Positions 1 to 9,881 of a stretch of 64,000 nt of DNA are shown one piece after another (within the stretch, counting starts at the first letter, position 1; each line of letters opens with the position of its first letter). The translations under genes were made by a program, and so were the position numbers. Source of the stretch: Candidatus Thorarchaeota archaeon (GTDB taxonomy: Archaea > Asgardarchaeota > Thorarchaeia > Thorarchaeales > Thorarchaeaceae); NCBI GenBank assembly GCA_048884785.1, contig JBHLQM010000002.1, forward strand, positions 71,672 to 135,671. The letters run 5' to 3'. Below the pieces are notes generated by a model. That model searched no databases. It worked only from the letters and a program-made list of their open reading frames with translations, and was not told the DNA's origin.

Positions 1-364
1 CGAGGATGTTATGACAGTTGTGAATCAAGGAGCAGTATCCGTAGATGGAATAAGAATTGGCACGACAAAGATGGAAACAGACGATTCTACCGTACGAGCC
101 GTGACATGGTCTCCACGCCATTCTGCATTAGATGTTCTACTTGATGTCACCTATGCTGGTGCCAATGGGGCGGTGATAGTCCTACGGGATGCTGATCCGG
201 AAATTGAAGTAATCTATAGGAATGAGATAAGAGAGCATCTTGGAAGTGGAACGCCCACGCGAGTTCTTTGTGTGGGCACTGAAATTGATAGATTTAAGCA
301 GCACGAAATTCAGAACATGCTTGAAGAACTATTCAAAGAGATTCTCGAATCAAAAAGAAAATAG
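1..364 (+). CDS. Degenerate small-GTPase-like (Rab/Ras fold) protein, 5'-truncated by window edge
   Basis: Frame is open from the window start. 'TYAGANGAVIV' resembles the Rab YYRGAxGAxxV segment, but the G3 and G4 positions read WSPRHS and VGTEID. Confidence 0.45.
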   Translation, partial: EDVMTVVNQGAVSVDGIRIGTTKMETDDSTVRAVTWSPRHSALDVLLDVTYAGANGAVIVLRDADPEIEVIYRNEIREHLGSGTPTRVLCVGTEIDRFKQHEIQNMLEELFKEILESKRK

Positions 365-439
365 GCCAAAAATCCATAATACCATGGTGATGGAAAGGCT
401 TTTCTCCAAAAACTGATTGCTCGACAGCAGGTGCGAAGA

Positions 440-1438
440 ATGAGCTCAGAGCAGAATAGGCACGAGGAGCATCAGAGGTCTGATGAGTACTGGATGGGCG
501 TTCGTGATGCCCTAAGAATGGTTGACTCATTTATCAAATGGGCGAAAACCAACAGAGAACGGGCAAAGACCTTGGAGGAATTTCTCCACGAGGGATTAAT
601 TGCTGCTGCTAAGCGCTGTGAGAGCTGCCTCTCCAAGCAACTTGGAGTGAAATTTGCATCTGATGAGCCCCTTCCTGACATTGATTCGGTAGAGGAAACG
701 GGGCCTTCTGAAACAGCACCTACTGAGCCAATTGAACCCGAGGAATCTCTAGAAGCAGCACCTCCAGAGATTGTCTTAGAGCCAGAGGGCAGCGAGGAAT
801 TCGAAGAGATTCCTATAGTTGTAGATATTGTGCCTGAATATGAGGCACCAAAGGATTCCTTTGATGATGCAGCTATTAGCATAGAATCAATTGGTTCCTC
901 TGAAGGATCAATCTTAGATGAATCTCTAGATACTGGTGAGCCTCGAGAATTCAAAGATGATTTTAGCCTCTCAGAACCCGATTCATTGTTTGTTGAGCCG
1001 GTACCTGATGGAATAGACGTTACAGAATCAGAAGAAGAATCCGAATCTGATTTGGCTGATATCACAATTGAAGATGACAAAGAGGAAGAAGAGCCAATCC
1101 CGATAGAAGAAGATGAAGATGTTTTGGTGGATGACTCAGAAATCTCGCCTAGCAAAGCCGAAAGTGAACTTCCATATCCTCCGAGTTTTATTGAGCCTCC
1201 TGCACCTGAATTTCCTAAAGAAGAAGAAGCACATGACTATCCTTCTGAAAGAGCGAGAATCTGGAGTTCAACGGATGAGCGACAACCGAGCGAGTTAATT
1301 CAGGACGAGGAGTCTGTGGATTTCAAGGATACAGAAACTGTCAAGTCGCCCCCTCCACCACCTCCCCCGCCTGTAGATGATGAGGAGAGTGAGGAAGAAA
1401 GAAGGCGGCGTGCAAGACGACTGTTCTTTGGAACCTAG
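440..1438 (+). CDS. Hypothetical protein: helical N-terminus with CxxC, long acidic disordered region, P8 tract, basic C-terminal helix
   Basis: ORF 431..1438; ATG at 440 follows AGGTG. E/D/P/S-rich; ends SPPPPPPPPVDDEESEEERRRRARRLFFGT. Confidence 0.75.
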   Translation: MSSEQNRHEEHQRSDEYWMGVRDALRMVDSFIKWAKTNRERAKTLEEFLHEGLIAAAKRCESCLSKQLGVKFASDEPLPDIDSVEETGPSETAPTEPIEPEESLEAAPPEIVLEPEGSEEFEEIPIVVDIVPEYEAPKDSFDDAAISIESIGSSEGSILDESLDTGEPREFKDDFSLSEPDSLFVEPVPDGIDVTESEEESESDLADITIEDDKEEEEPIPIEEDEDVLVDDSEISPSKAESELPYPPSFIEPPAPEFPKEEEAHDYPSERARIWSSTDERQPSELIQDEESVDFKDTETVKSPPPPPPPPVDDEESEEERRRRARRLFFGT

Positions 1439-1550
1439 AGATTGATGATCTTGGGTTAGGCTATGGTCCAAATCTCCTTTCGCCATTAATGGTTCTAGTG
1501 CTGGTCCCTCATTCGACTCACTTAAAGCCTTGTGACTACCACCTGAAACT

Positions 1551-2381
1551 ATGGACCAATTGTCATATGTTTCCGTGGCGATAAAGCGAACTCCAAAGGA
1601 GGCACTATCAACAGCTCTCTCAAAATTGCCTGTTCCTCTTTCAATATCGCCGGATGTGAAAAGAATTGTTTTGAAGCCGTCAATCTATGATCCAGAGCTT
1701 CCAGGAAACACTTCTTTCGATATGATGAGTGCAGTAGTTGACTTCTTCAAACAAGTCTCTCCAATCAGCATTGTTGAAAGCGACAATCCTGTTAGAACTG
1801 CTGAAGAAGCATATTCGAAATGCGGATACAAGGCGTTTCTGGAACAAGGAGTGGAATTGGTCAATCTCTCAAGTGCTACGGGAGGAATCCCCTTTGGAGG
1901 TATTCTCGAAAACGAATTGGTCCCGCCTATACTAGGCGCTAATAGATATCTGATCAATGTTGCAGCCCTAAAACATTCAGATTCTACTCACATAGGAGCT
2001 GGTATCAAAAACCTATTTGGTTTAATCTCACGGAGAGATAAGGACCAATATCATAGTAGATTGGCGGATGTCCTAGTTTTATTACTACAGAAACTCCCTC
2101 CTGTTTTATCGATAGTCGACCTCACCAGGTATGTTGTTGGTGATCGAAGAAATGCTCAGGTGCATGAAGTAGGCGGAGTTGTAATAGGCACTGATGCCCT
2201 AGCAGTTGATTCGTATTGCTGTGAGCTTCTAGATATTGATCCATTGGAAGTTGATTATATCCAAAAAGCCTATAGATTAGGGTTAGGGGAAGCCCTCTTG
2301 GAGCGAATCAGAGTGCTCGGAACGGAGCACCAAATTGAGAAACTCAAAACAATCTTTAGAAATATCCCTGTCCGCAAGTGA
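1551..2381 (+). CDS. DUF362 domain protein
   Basis: Motifs IVLKPS, LINVAALKH, GAGIKNLFG, DALAVD, YIQKAYRLGLG. Confidence 0.8.
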   Translation: MDQLSYVSVAIKRTPKEALSTALSKLPVPLSISPDVKRIVLKPSIYDPELPGNTSFDMMSAVVDFFKQVSPISIVESDNPVRTAEEAYSKCGYKAFLEQGVELVNLSSATGGIPFGGILENELVPPILGANRYLINVAALKHSDSTHIGAGIKNLFGLISRRDKDQYHSRLADVLVLLLQKLPPVLSIVDLTRYVVGDRRNAQVHEVGGVVIGTDALAVDSYCCELLDIDPLEVDYIQKAYRLGLGEALLERIRVLGTEHQIEKLKTIFRNIPVRK

Positions 2382-2452
2382 TATATTTAGAATGTTCGTG
2401 TGGAGCTCTCCCTGTCAACAGGGTATAATCCTTAAAGCAGGGTGCTGACAAA

Positions 2453-3619
2453 ATGGATTGGACATCACATCATATGGAGGTAATTCCTCCCTCTGGCACA
2501 CTTAGGTTATTTGATATTGCAAAGAGGATGGAGCGTGAGGGCAAAAAGGTCTACCACTTCGAAGTAGGCGAGCCAGATTTTCAGACACCTTTGCATATCA
2601 TCGATGCGGCTATTGAGGCATTGAAACAGGGGAAAACCGGATACACTTCTTCGAGAGGGATTCCTGAACTCCTTCATGCCATTCAGCGACGGTATGCCAA
2701 GAGGCATATAGCAATAAATGGGTCAACTGATGTAATTGTTACTCCTGGGGCAAAGATGGCCCTATTTCAAGGAATCTTATCAGTTATAGACCAAGGAGAT
2801 GACGTTTTGCTTCTGAGTCCAGCTTGGCCAACCTATAAGGTCATGATTCGAAACGCCGGAGGGAAACCTGTTGACGTTCCCACGAACCCAGGCTATGTCC
2901 TTAATGAGGAGGCCCTGAAAGGGCGTATGGGAAAAGAAGTATCGGCTTTAGTAATAAACTCCCCCAATAATCCAACTGGAGGAGTTCTGACCAAAGACCA
3001 GCTAAAATTCATCTATGATTTAGCAAGTGATCATAACTTCATGGTCTTCAGTGATGAGATTTATGAAGAATTGGTGTATGATGGATTCCGGCAGTCGTCT
3101 ATGCTGGAAGTTGATCCTAGTATGGAAAGGACGCTTGTGATTAGCGGGTTTTCTAAGTCCTATGCAATGACAGGTTGGCGTCTTGGATATGCTATCGCCG
3201 CTCCCTCTGTAATTGAAAACATGGTTCGAGTTCAACAGAATACAACATCGTGCGCCACGTCCTTTGTTCAATATGCAGGGGTTGAGGCGCTTGAAGGCGA
3301 TCAATCTCAAATTGAAAAGATGCGCAAATCCTATGAAGAAAGACGTAATCTTATTCTTAAATTACTCTCCGAAATTGATGGATTGGAGTGTTTGAATCCA
3401 ATGGGTGCATTCTATGTTTTTCCTAATTTTCGAGAGTATGGTCTGAGCAGCTCGACTTTAGCTGAATTGCTACTGAAAAAGACTGGAGTATCATCAATAC
3501 CTGGTTTATCCTTTGGGGATCCCTTTGATCAGCATCTACGATTCTCCTATGCGGCATCAGCTCATGATATTCAAGATGGTATGACTAGAATGAAGGAATT
3601 TCTTCCGACAATTCGGTAG
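2453..3619 (+). CDS. PLP-dependent class I/II aminotransferase (aspartate aminotransferase family)
   Basis: Motifs GEPDF, NSPNNPTG, SDEIY, SKSYAMTGWRLG, GAFY. Confidence 0.93.
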   Translation: MDWTSHHMEVIPPSGTLRLFDIAKRMEREGKKVYHFEVGEPDFQTPLHIIDAAIEALKQGKTGYTSSRGIPELLHAIQRRYAKRHIAINGSTDVIVTPGAKMALFQGILSVIDQGDDVLLLSPAWPTYKVMIRNAGGKPVDVPTNPGYVLNEEALKGRMGKEVSALVINSPNNPTGGVLTKDQLKFIYDLASDHNFMVFSDEIYEELVYDGFRQSSMLEVDPSMERTLVISGFSKSYAMTGWRLGYAIAAPSVIENMVRVQQNTTSCATSFVQYAGVEALEGDQSQIEKMRKSYEERRNLILKLLSEIDGLECLNPMGAFYVFPNFREYGLSSSTLAELLLKKTGVSSIPGLSFGDPFDQHLRFSYAASAHDIQDGMTRMKEFLPTIR

Positions 3620-3627
3620 GTGATTGC

Positions 3628-4212
3628 TTGGTCGTGAATCCACTGGATGTGCGATTCAAGTGTACAATGTGTGGTGCTTGCTGCAAGCATACCAGTTTGG
3701 TTGTGACACTTACAGGACGAGACATTGTTCGAATAGCGAGAGCTATTGAATTTGATAGCAGCCAAATCCTAAAGATCATCGACTTCTATTTGCCAAAGAA
3801 GAGAGATGCTCTTCCTCAAGGTCTGAAACATATTCCTAGAGTATTAACAGAGAAAGGTCCTGCAATCATAGCTTTGAAAAAGAGAGAATCCGGAGCTTGT
3901 GTCTTTCTGACTGCTGACAATCTGTGCGCTATTCATCAGTTTCGACCTGGAGCTTGTGCTTCTTTTCCGTTTGTTTTCAAAGAGTCTAATGGCGATATCA
4001 TGTGGGGCTTTAGTGCGATGAAAGAGATATGCCCTGGCATTGGAGATGGTCCAAAAATATCGGAACCGGAATTGCATGATATAGCTAGAGATGTCCTTGA
4101 GGATCTCCAAATCTATGGTGATTTCACTAGCGATTGGAATTCTCTTGATTCTGAACATGATGTGAATATGCTGCTAGAAAGCATTCTTTCAGACATACGA
4201 TTCAATGTGTGA
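3628..4212 (+). CDS. YkgJ-family cysteine-cluster (CxxCxxCC) protein
   Basis: FKCTMCGACC...CVFL...CAIHQFRPGACASFPF...CPGIG. Confidence 0.88.
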   Translation: MVVNPLDVRFKCTMCGACCKHTSLVVTLTGRDIVRIARAIEFDSSQILKIIDFYLPKKRDALPQGLKHIPRVLTEKGPAIIALKKRESGACVFLTADNLCAIHQFRPGACASFPFVFKESNGDIMWGFSAMKEICPGIGDGPKISEPELHDIARDVLEDLQIYGDFTSDWNSLDSEHDVNMLLESILSDIRFNV

Positions 4213-4259
4213 AAAGACTTATTCACGAGGTCATTCTGAAAAAGCCCGGGATTTGCACC

Positions 4260-5207
4260 TTGAAACGTGTACTCATTACAGGCGGAGCCGGTTTCATCGG
4301 AAGTCATCTCGTGGATGCAATGATAAGATCACATGAGGTGTGTGTTCTTGACGACTTATCTGAAGGGTCCATAGAGAATATCGAGAGCCATCTAGATAAT
4401 GAACAACTCACGTTTGTAAAGGGCTCGATACTCTCCGTTGATGATGTTATGACGGCCTTGGAGAATGTTGATACTGTTTTTCATTTTGCAGCACAACCGG
4501 ACGTACGTGTTAGCACAGAAAAGCCCTACTTCGATTTCCAAGTCAATGTAATCGGAAGCATGAACCTTCTAGAGGCTGTACGTTCAACTGGAATCAGAAG
4601 ATTCGTTTTTGCTTCTTCCGGGGGTACAGTCTATGGAGAATCACAAGTACATCCAACGCCCGAATCGACATGTTTCCGACCAATTAGCAATTATGGCGCT
4701 GGAAAAGGTGCCTTTGAAATGTATCTTTCGTCATATTCCGAGCTATATGGAATTGACTCAGTAAGTATGCGTTTAGCCAATATTATTGGCCCCAGATCAA
4801 GACATGGCATCATCTATGACTTTTTCATGAAACTGAAAAATGATGCATCATCACTAGAGGTGCTGGGCAACGGGTCCCAAGAGAAGACCTATATGTATGT
4901 TACAGATACGGTCGCAGCGGCCATTCTTCTGGCTAACAATATTGGTAGGGGATTTCTGCCTATCAATGTAGGATCCAGTGAGCGTCTGAGAGTTTCAAAG
5001 ATTGCCCAATTGGTATTAGTGTACCTCGGCCTGCCTGATACAAAAATAAACTACACTGGCACTGCTCGTGGGTGGGTTGGTGACATCTCTCTGACTGATA
5101 TGGATAATAAATTATTGAGATCCTATGGATGGGAGCAAAGAACACCTCTCGAGGAGGGTGTAAAACTCTACGTGGACTGGCTAAAGGAAACCTTTGGATT
5201 TCCATGA
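4260..5207 (+). CDS. NAD-dependent epimerase/dehydratase (UDP-glucose 4-epimerase-like extended SDR)
   Basis: TGGAGFIGSH, FASSGGTVYG, YGAGK (YxxxK). ORF opens at 4209; in-frame TTG at 4260 directly precedes the Rossmann motif. Confidence 0.9.
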   Translation: MKRVLITGGAGFIGSHLVDAMIRSHEVCVLDDLSEGSIENIESHLDNEQLTFVKGSILSVDDVMTALENVDTVFHFAAQPDVRVSTEKPYFDFQVNVIGSMNLLEAVRSTGIRRFVFASSGGTVYGESQVHPTPESTCFRPISNYGAGKGAFEMYLSSYSELYGIDSVSMRLANIIGPRSRHGIIYDFFMKLKNDASSLEVLGNGSQEKTYMYVTDTVAAAILLANNIGRGFLPINVGSSERLRVSKIAQLVLVYLGLPDTKINYTGTARGWVGDISLTDMDNKLLRSYGWEQRTPLEEGVKLYVDWLKETFGFP

Positions 5208-5220
5208 AATTACTGCTTTT

Positions 5221-6195
5221 TCAGAGCTTGCTGAGAATCTGTAGGATATTTCCAAAGTTGTGTTCTACAGTTCTTGACTTAGAGGCATATGACGCGAGAT
5301 GAGTCAAGCGCTCATCTGTTTTAGCAATTTCACAGAATTCACTTGACCTAATTATCGCATGGATTTTTTCATTTGTCTGAAGGATTTCTGCTGAAGAGCT
5401 TAAAACATATTGCAGCATTTTTATCATTAGGTGAAAGTCTGCTATATCTCGAAGTTGTAGCGTTTGACTATAGAATTGAAATTCCAATCGAGCTAGCTTC
5501 TCTCTTAAAAACACAAGATCCAACAGCCACTGATCGCTTTCTGATGCTTTTAGTTCCTTATGCAAATCTGCGTATCTGTTCTGCTGATCAAGAAGCTGGA
5601 CCAGGTATTCGCGTAGGAATGAGAAGTGGTCCACTCCTTCGTCAATTTGCTCTTCAGTCCCGATAGGATGCATCATTTCATCCATTTGGCTATGTTTGAC
5701 GGCAATCATTAGTGAGAATTTGTCAACATACCTCTTTACTTCATCTGTCTTTTCTTTCTTTGACATAAGATCTGCGAAGGTATCTCCAAGAGTCAGTATG
5801 AATTTGTAGAGGCACTCACTGCATATCTCAGCACTAGCCGTTAGGTCCTTCGTAGACAGGAATTGGAGAGCATCCTCCAGGTCGTTTCCTGGTACATCCT
5901 TTCCGTGTATTCGCAATGCCCATCCCTGTGAGATACAATAGACTCTGTTATCTGGATAGTTGACATAGATTGCAGCATAACAGATGTTCCCTTCCTGAGC
6001 TCTTTCATCCTCCATGCTATCTTTGTCTGGATGAAAGGCGAATAGCGAAGGGTCTAAATCAATAACATCAACTTCTAGGACATTGTCATCGTTGACGCAA
6101 AGATTCTCATCCCCAAATACCTTGTAGCATGGACACCCACGTACCACTTTGATGGATGCATCACCAATTTCACTCTTGCTTCCTAGCACATCCAT
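5221..6195 (-). CDS. Hypothetical Cys-motif protein with C-terminal helical bundle (paralog A)
   Basis: 324-aa ORF sharing VRGCPC, LCVN, YCISQ and ICSECLYK with the adjacent gene. Confidence 0.8.
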   Translation of the reverse strand: MDVLGSKSEIGDASIKVVRGCPCYKVFGDENLCVNDDNVLEVDVIDLDPSLFAFHPDKDSMEDERAQEGNICYAAIYVNYPDNRVYCISQGWALRIHGKDVPGNDLEDALQFLSTKDLTASAEICSECLYKFILTLGDTFADLMSKKEKTDEVKRYVDKFSLMIAVKHSQMDEMMHPIGTEEQIDEGVDHFSFLREYLVQLLDQQNRYADLHKELKASESDQWLLDLVFLREKLARLEFQFYSQTLQLRDIADFHLMIKMLQYVLSSSAEILQTNEKIHAIIRSSEFCEIAKTDERLTHLASYASKSRTVEHNFGNILQILSKL

Positions 6196-6272
6196 ATCAG
6201 GGGGTCTCCAAGCGTTGCGTTTGTTTGAATAAACCAGTATGAATGATTCATCTTAGACTGTTATATCGGTTT

Positions 6273-7244
6273 TTATGAAGGCCTATTGCTGATTTGAGCG
6301 ATTAGAGTCGCCAAATTTCGCAATCTTTGCTCTGCTTTTATCCGATTTTCTTCCTTTTGCTCCATTGCTTCCCCAAGATCTATGGACGCTTCTCCTTGGC
6401 CTATCAATCTCTGGCGTATTGAACGAATGTCATCATGAGTCTGAAGAATCCGTTTTGCAGTATCAAGCATCAATTTCAGAAGTGTTATAGCTGTAAGCTC
6501 GTCCTCTGCCTGATTCAGAGATAGGACCTGAAAAAGGAAGATAGAATCAAGCTTGTATAGATTCGTGTGAGCAGATACCAATGACGAAAGAATCACATTT
6601 GCTTCTGGTGACTGCGTCAGATGTATAATATTGCCAAGGTTCTCTCTTTCCTTTGATATCTCCTTAATTCTTACCTCAATTATCTCATCATTTGTGAGGT
6701 GAGCATTGGCATACCGCTGAATTACATTTTCACTCAGCTCGCTGGCAATCTTATTCACGAGTTCTTTCGAATACTGCAGAATCAATTCACTCTTTTCTTG
6801 GTCCGAGAGGAAATTTTCAAAGAGGTTAGTTAGAGTAATCAGATACTTGTAGAGACAGGATGAGCAGACTGCCTCATTGCTAGTATTGCTTGATATTAAT
6901 GCGAAGTCCAATGCTTCTTCTACATGTGCTGCACTGACCGGCTTCGCGTTGATTTGAATCATCTTTGATTGACTCACACAATATGTTGTGTCTTCTTCCA
7001 TATCCAAGTTGATGAGTGTGTAGCAGAGATCTTCCCTATCACTCTTAAATTGACTCAAGTCATCGACTGAACAGAGTTGCGCGAAGAATGTTGGGTCAAT
7101 GCTCATGGTCTTTATCGGAAGGACATCATCCCCATTAATGCACACTCTTTCATTTCCAAACTCTTTCATGCAGGGGCATCCTCTGACCAGTCGAATTCGT
7201 TGGTCGTGGTCTCCCGTGATTACCGAAGAGTCTGGGATCATCAA
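6273..7244 (-). CDS. Hypothetical Cys-motif protein (paralog B)
   Basis: 323-aa ORF with VRGCPC, VCIN, YCVSQ, VCSSCLYK; same length and layout as paralog A. Confidence 0.75.
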   Translation of the reverse strand: MMIPDSSVITGDHDQRIRLVRGCPCMKEFGNERVCINGDDVLPIKTMSIDPTFFAQLCSVDDLSQFKSDREDLCYTLINLDMEEDTTYCVSQSKMIQINAKPVSAAHVEEALDFALISSNTSNEAVCSSCLYKYLITLTNLFENFLSDQEKSELILQYSKELVNKIASELSENVIQRYANAHLTNDEIIEVRIKEISKERENLGNIIHLTQSPEANVILSSLVSAHTNLYKLDSIFLFQVLSLNQAEDELTAITLLKLMLDTAKRILQTHDDIRSIRQRLIGQGEASIDLGEAMEQKEENRIKAEQRLRNLATLIAQISNRPS

Positions 7245-7360
7245 TGCAACCCTAGAGCTATAGATGTGCCTAAATTGACTATCAAGATGACGGGGGTAGG
7301 CACCTAATCATTTGGCTCAAAGAGCATTGATTAAGCTATCTTGCACATGTAGCTCGGGTT

Positions 7361-7382
7361 GAGAAACCGAGTTCGGCTTCTC
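7361..7382 (-). terminator. Stem-loop directly after the RHH gene stop codon
   Basis: Minus strand GAGAAGCCG-AACT-CGGTTTCTC, a 9-bp stem with one G-U pair. Confidence 0.4.
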
Positions 7383-7383
7383 A

Positions 7384-7524
7384 CTAACCCCAGAGCTCTC
7401 TCTTGAGTAAGTCCCTTATCGCAATCCTGATAGCCTCGGATCTATTGGGATACAAATTGCTCTCAACAAGTTTCTCAAGCCCATCTATGTACGTTTCCGG
7501 GACATGCAGTGTAACCAGCTTCAT
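7384..7524 (-). CDS. 46-aa ribbon-helix-helix (CopG/Arc/MetJ) regulator, CdrS-like; absent from the ORF track
   Basis: Manual translation MKLVTLHVPETYIDGLEKLVESNLYPNRSEAIRIAIRDLLKRELWG*. GGTGA RBS lies 7 nt upstream; carries the YPNRSEAIR RHH signature. Confidence 0.9.
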   Translation of the reverse strand: MKLVTLHVPETYIDGLEKLVESNLYPNRSEAIRIAIRDLLKRELWG

Positions 7525-7623
7525 TCGTTTTTCACCAACATATCTCTCTCATAGGCGGATATTATTACCCTACAACCTATGGCGGTATTCACCTGATTAT
7601 TACCCACGTCATACATACATATG

Positions 7624-7648
7624 ATACTGAGTATTACTCACTCAGTAT
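7624..7648. promoter_or_regulatory. Nested palindromic operator candidate between the divergent RHH and acyl-CoA synthetase genes
   Basis: ATACTGAGT-N7-ACTCAGTAT perfect inverted repeat, overlapping a second palindrome TGAGTA-T-TACTCA (7628-7640). Confidence 0.55.
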
Positions 7649-7760
7649 TCACTCTTTGATTTTCGGATTAGTTTGGTCGTAATTTGCAGCCGTTACGATA
7701 GAAGTTAAAACTGAAATGATTCGAGGACCTCCTCAGTTCTTCAAAAGGTCGTGCGGCAAA

Positions 7761-9881
7761 GTGGATAGACAAGCAGGAATTGATGTTTTGTTCACACCAA
7801 AATCAATCGCTGTGATTGGCGCATCATCGACAAAAGGAAAGCTTGGTAATGACGTCATAAGGAATCTCATTGACAGCGGTTATGAAGGCCGTATATACCC
7901 TGTCAATCCTAAAGGTGGAGAGATACTCGGGAAAAAGGTGTTCAAGTCGGTAGCTGATATATCTGGGGCTATCGATGTCGCAGTAATAGTCATACCTGCG
8001 AAATATGTTCTGGAAGCCGTAGTAGACTGCGGGAAGAAGGGTGTAAGAGCTCTGGTGATAATTACTGCAGGTTTCAAAGAAGTCGGGCATGAAGGACAGA
8101 GTCTTGAACAAAAGATCATTGAACTTGCCGAGAAATACAACATGGTCGTGCAAGGCCCAAACTGCCTAGGTATTATCAACACACATGCTCCCTATAATGC
8201 ATCATTCTCTTCTGGCACACCATCCAAAGGTACCATTGCTTTTGCGTCACAGTCTGGTGCCTTAATGACCGGTATCCTAGATTGGAGTCTCATGGAGAAA
8301 ATTGGGTTTTCAAAATTTGTGAGTCTTGGGAACAAGGCTCAGCTAGATGAAGCAGATTTCATAGAAGCCTTTGGTAGAGACCCTGATTCAACATTCATAC
8401 TGTTATACATCGAATCAGTAGTTGATGGACCCAAGTTCATGAAAGCATGCAGGAATGTAGTGCAGCATAAGCCCATTTTTGTTGTAAAATCTGGAGTCAG
8501 CGCTGCAGGTGCTAGAGCCGCATCTTCACATACTGGGTCTCTTGCTGGAAGTGATATGGCATACGATGTTGCATTTAGACAAAGTGGAGTAAGCCGAGCA
8601 AAAAGCATGGCTGCACTTTTTGATGTGGCCAATGTCTTTGATGATATGCATTTGCCGGCAGGAAACAGAGTCGCTATTGTTACGAATGCTGGAGGGCCTG
8701 GTATCATCACAACCGATGCATGCGAGGCCAATGGACTACAAGTGGCAACTCTGAGTCCAGCAACTGCCGAGCATTTGAGAATGAATCTCCCTCCTGCAGC
8801 CTCGGTGTATAATCCGATTGATGCTCTTGGTACTGCATCTCCTGAAGACTATGCACTATGTATTGATGCAGCATTTAGGGATGAGAATATTGATTCCATA
8901 CTTGTCCTATTAACTCCTCAAGCCATGACTGATGAAACAGAAACTGCAAGAGTCATTGTAGAGGCTCATGCCAAGTATCCCAATAAACCAATAATCGCCG
9001 TATTTATGGGTGGCAACTCAATGGTCTATCCTAGAATTCTGCTAAATGAAGGTGGTGTCCCAATCTTTGATTTTCCCGAGAGGGCCGTCCACGCGCTTGC
9101 TGAACTCTACAAGTATACTGTTATCAGAGACAAGTTGTCAGATGAAGCGGTTCCTAAATTCAAGGTTGATAAGAAGAAGGTCGAGGATATTATCAAGAGG
9201 GTGCGAGAAGATGGGCGTCGTATTCTTTTGGGCAGTGAGGCTCATGCAATAGCTGAGGCATACAACATTCCAGTAGCTAAAATCAGACTTGCTACAAGCT
9301 CTGAAGAAGCCAAAAATCTGGCTAATGAACTTGGGTATCCCGTGGTCATGAAAATATCTAGTCCAGATATTGTGCATAAAACCGACATTGGGGGCATAAA
9401 GATTGGCCTCAAAACGCCTGAAGAAGTAGAATCAGCATTTGTTGAGATATTGGATAATGCAAGAAGGCATGTCCCTAAAGCAATGATCTATGGTGTTGAT
9501 ATTCAGGAGATGGCAGAGAAGGGAAAGGAGCTAATTATTGGTTGCTCACGAGACATCCAGTTTGGTCCTCTAATTATGTTTGGTGCAGGAGGTATCTATG
9601 TGAATTACCTAAAAGATGTATCATTTCGTCTTGCGCCCATGACTCGTCAAGATGCCGCAGAGCTAGTTATGGAAACAAAAATCGGAACAATGCTTCAAGG
9701 CGTGAGAGGAGAGCTGCCAAGCGATATACCAATGATTGAGGATGCCATTCTCAGGATAAGTCAACTTGTAACAGATTTCAAGGAAATTGTGGAATTGGAT
9801 ATAAATCCTGCATTTGCTTATGTGAAAGGGAAAGGCGTATCTGCTGTAGATGTGAAGATTACAATAGGAGGAGAAACCTAG
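7761..9881 (+). CDS. ADP-forming acetate/acyl-CoA ligase, fused alpha+beta (ACD)
   Basis: SIAVIGAS, GPNCLG, SQSGA, phospho-His motif SHTGSLAG, NAGGPG, C-terminal ATP-grasp (HKTDIGG, ELDINP). ORF opens at 7716; GTG 7761 is the likely start. Confidence 0.93.
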   Translation: MDRQAGIDVLFTPKSIAVIGASSTKGKLGNDVIRNLIDSGYEGRIYPVNPKGGEILGKKVFKSVADISGAIDVAVIVIPAKYVLEAVVDCGKKGVRALVIITAGFKEVGHEGQSLEQKIIELAEKYNMVVQGPNCLGIINTHAPYNASFSSGTPSKGTIAFASQSGALMTGILDWSLMEKIGFSKFVSLGNKAQLDEADFIEAFGRDPDSTFILLYIESVVDGPKFMKACRNVVQHKPIFVVKSGVSAAGARAASSHTGSLAGSDMAYDVAFRQSGVSRAKSMAALFDVANVFDDMHLPAGNRVAIVTNAGGPGIITTDACEANGLQVATLSPATAEHLRMNLPPAASVYNPIDALGTASPEDYALCIDAAFRDENIDSILVLLTPQAMTDETETARVIVEAHAKYPNKPIIAVFMGGNSMVYPRILLNEGGVPIFDFPERAVHALAELYKYTVIRDKLSDEAVPKFKVDKKKVEDIIKRVREDGRRILLGSEAHAIAEAYNIPVAKIRLATSSEEAKNLANELGYPVVMKISSPDIVHKTDIGGIKIGLKTPEEVESAFVEILDNARRHVPKAMIYGVDIQEMAEKGKELIIGCSRDIQFGPLIMFGAGGIYVNYLKDVSFRLAPMTRQDAAELVMETKIGTMLQGVRGELPSDIPMIEDAILRISQLVTDFKEIVELDINPAFAYVKGKGVSAVDVKITIGGET

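Noticed and set aside
472-1155. 227-aa Ser-rich minus-strand ORF
   Set aside because: Antisense shadow of the Glu/Asp-rich plus-strand gene; the same applies to most short nested ORFs in the track.
7330-7382. Hairpins as a possible SECIS element
   Set aside because: No in-frame UGA at a Cys-equivalent position in neighbouring genes; more simply a terminator or stability hairpin.
7403-7624. 73-aa plus-strand ORF
   Set aside because: Overlaps antisense to the clearly recognisable RHH gene at 7384..7524 and has no motif.
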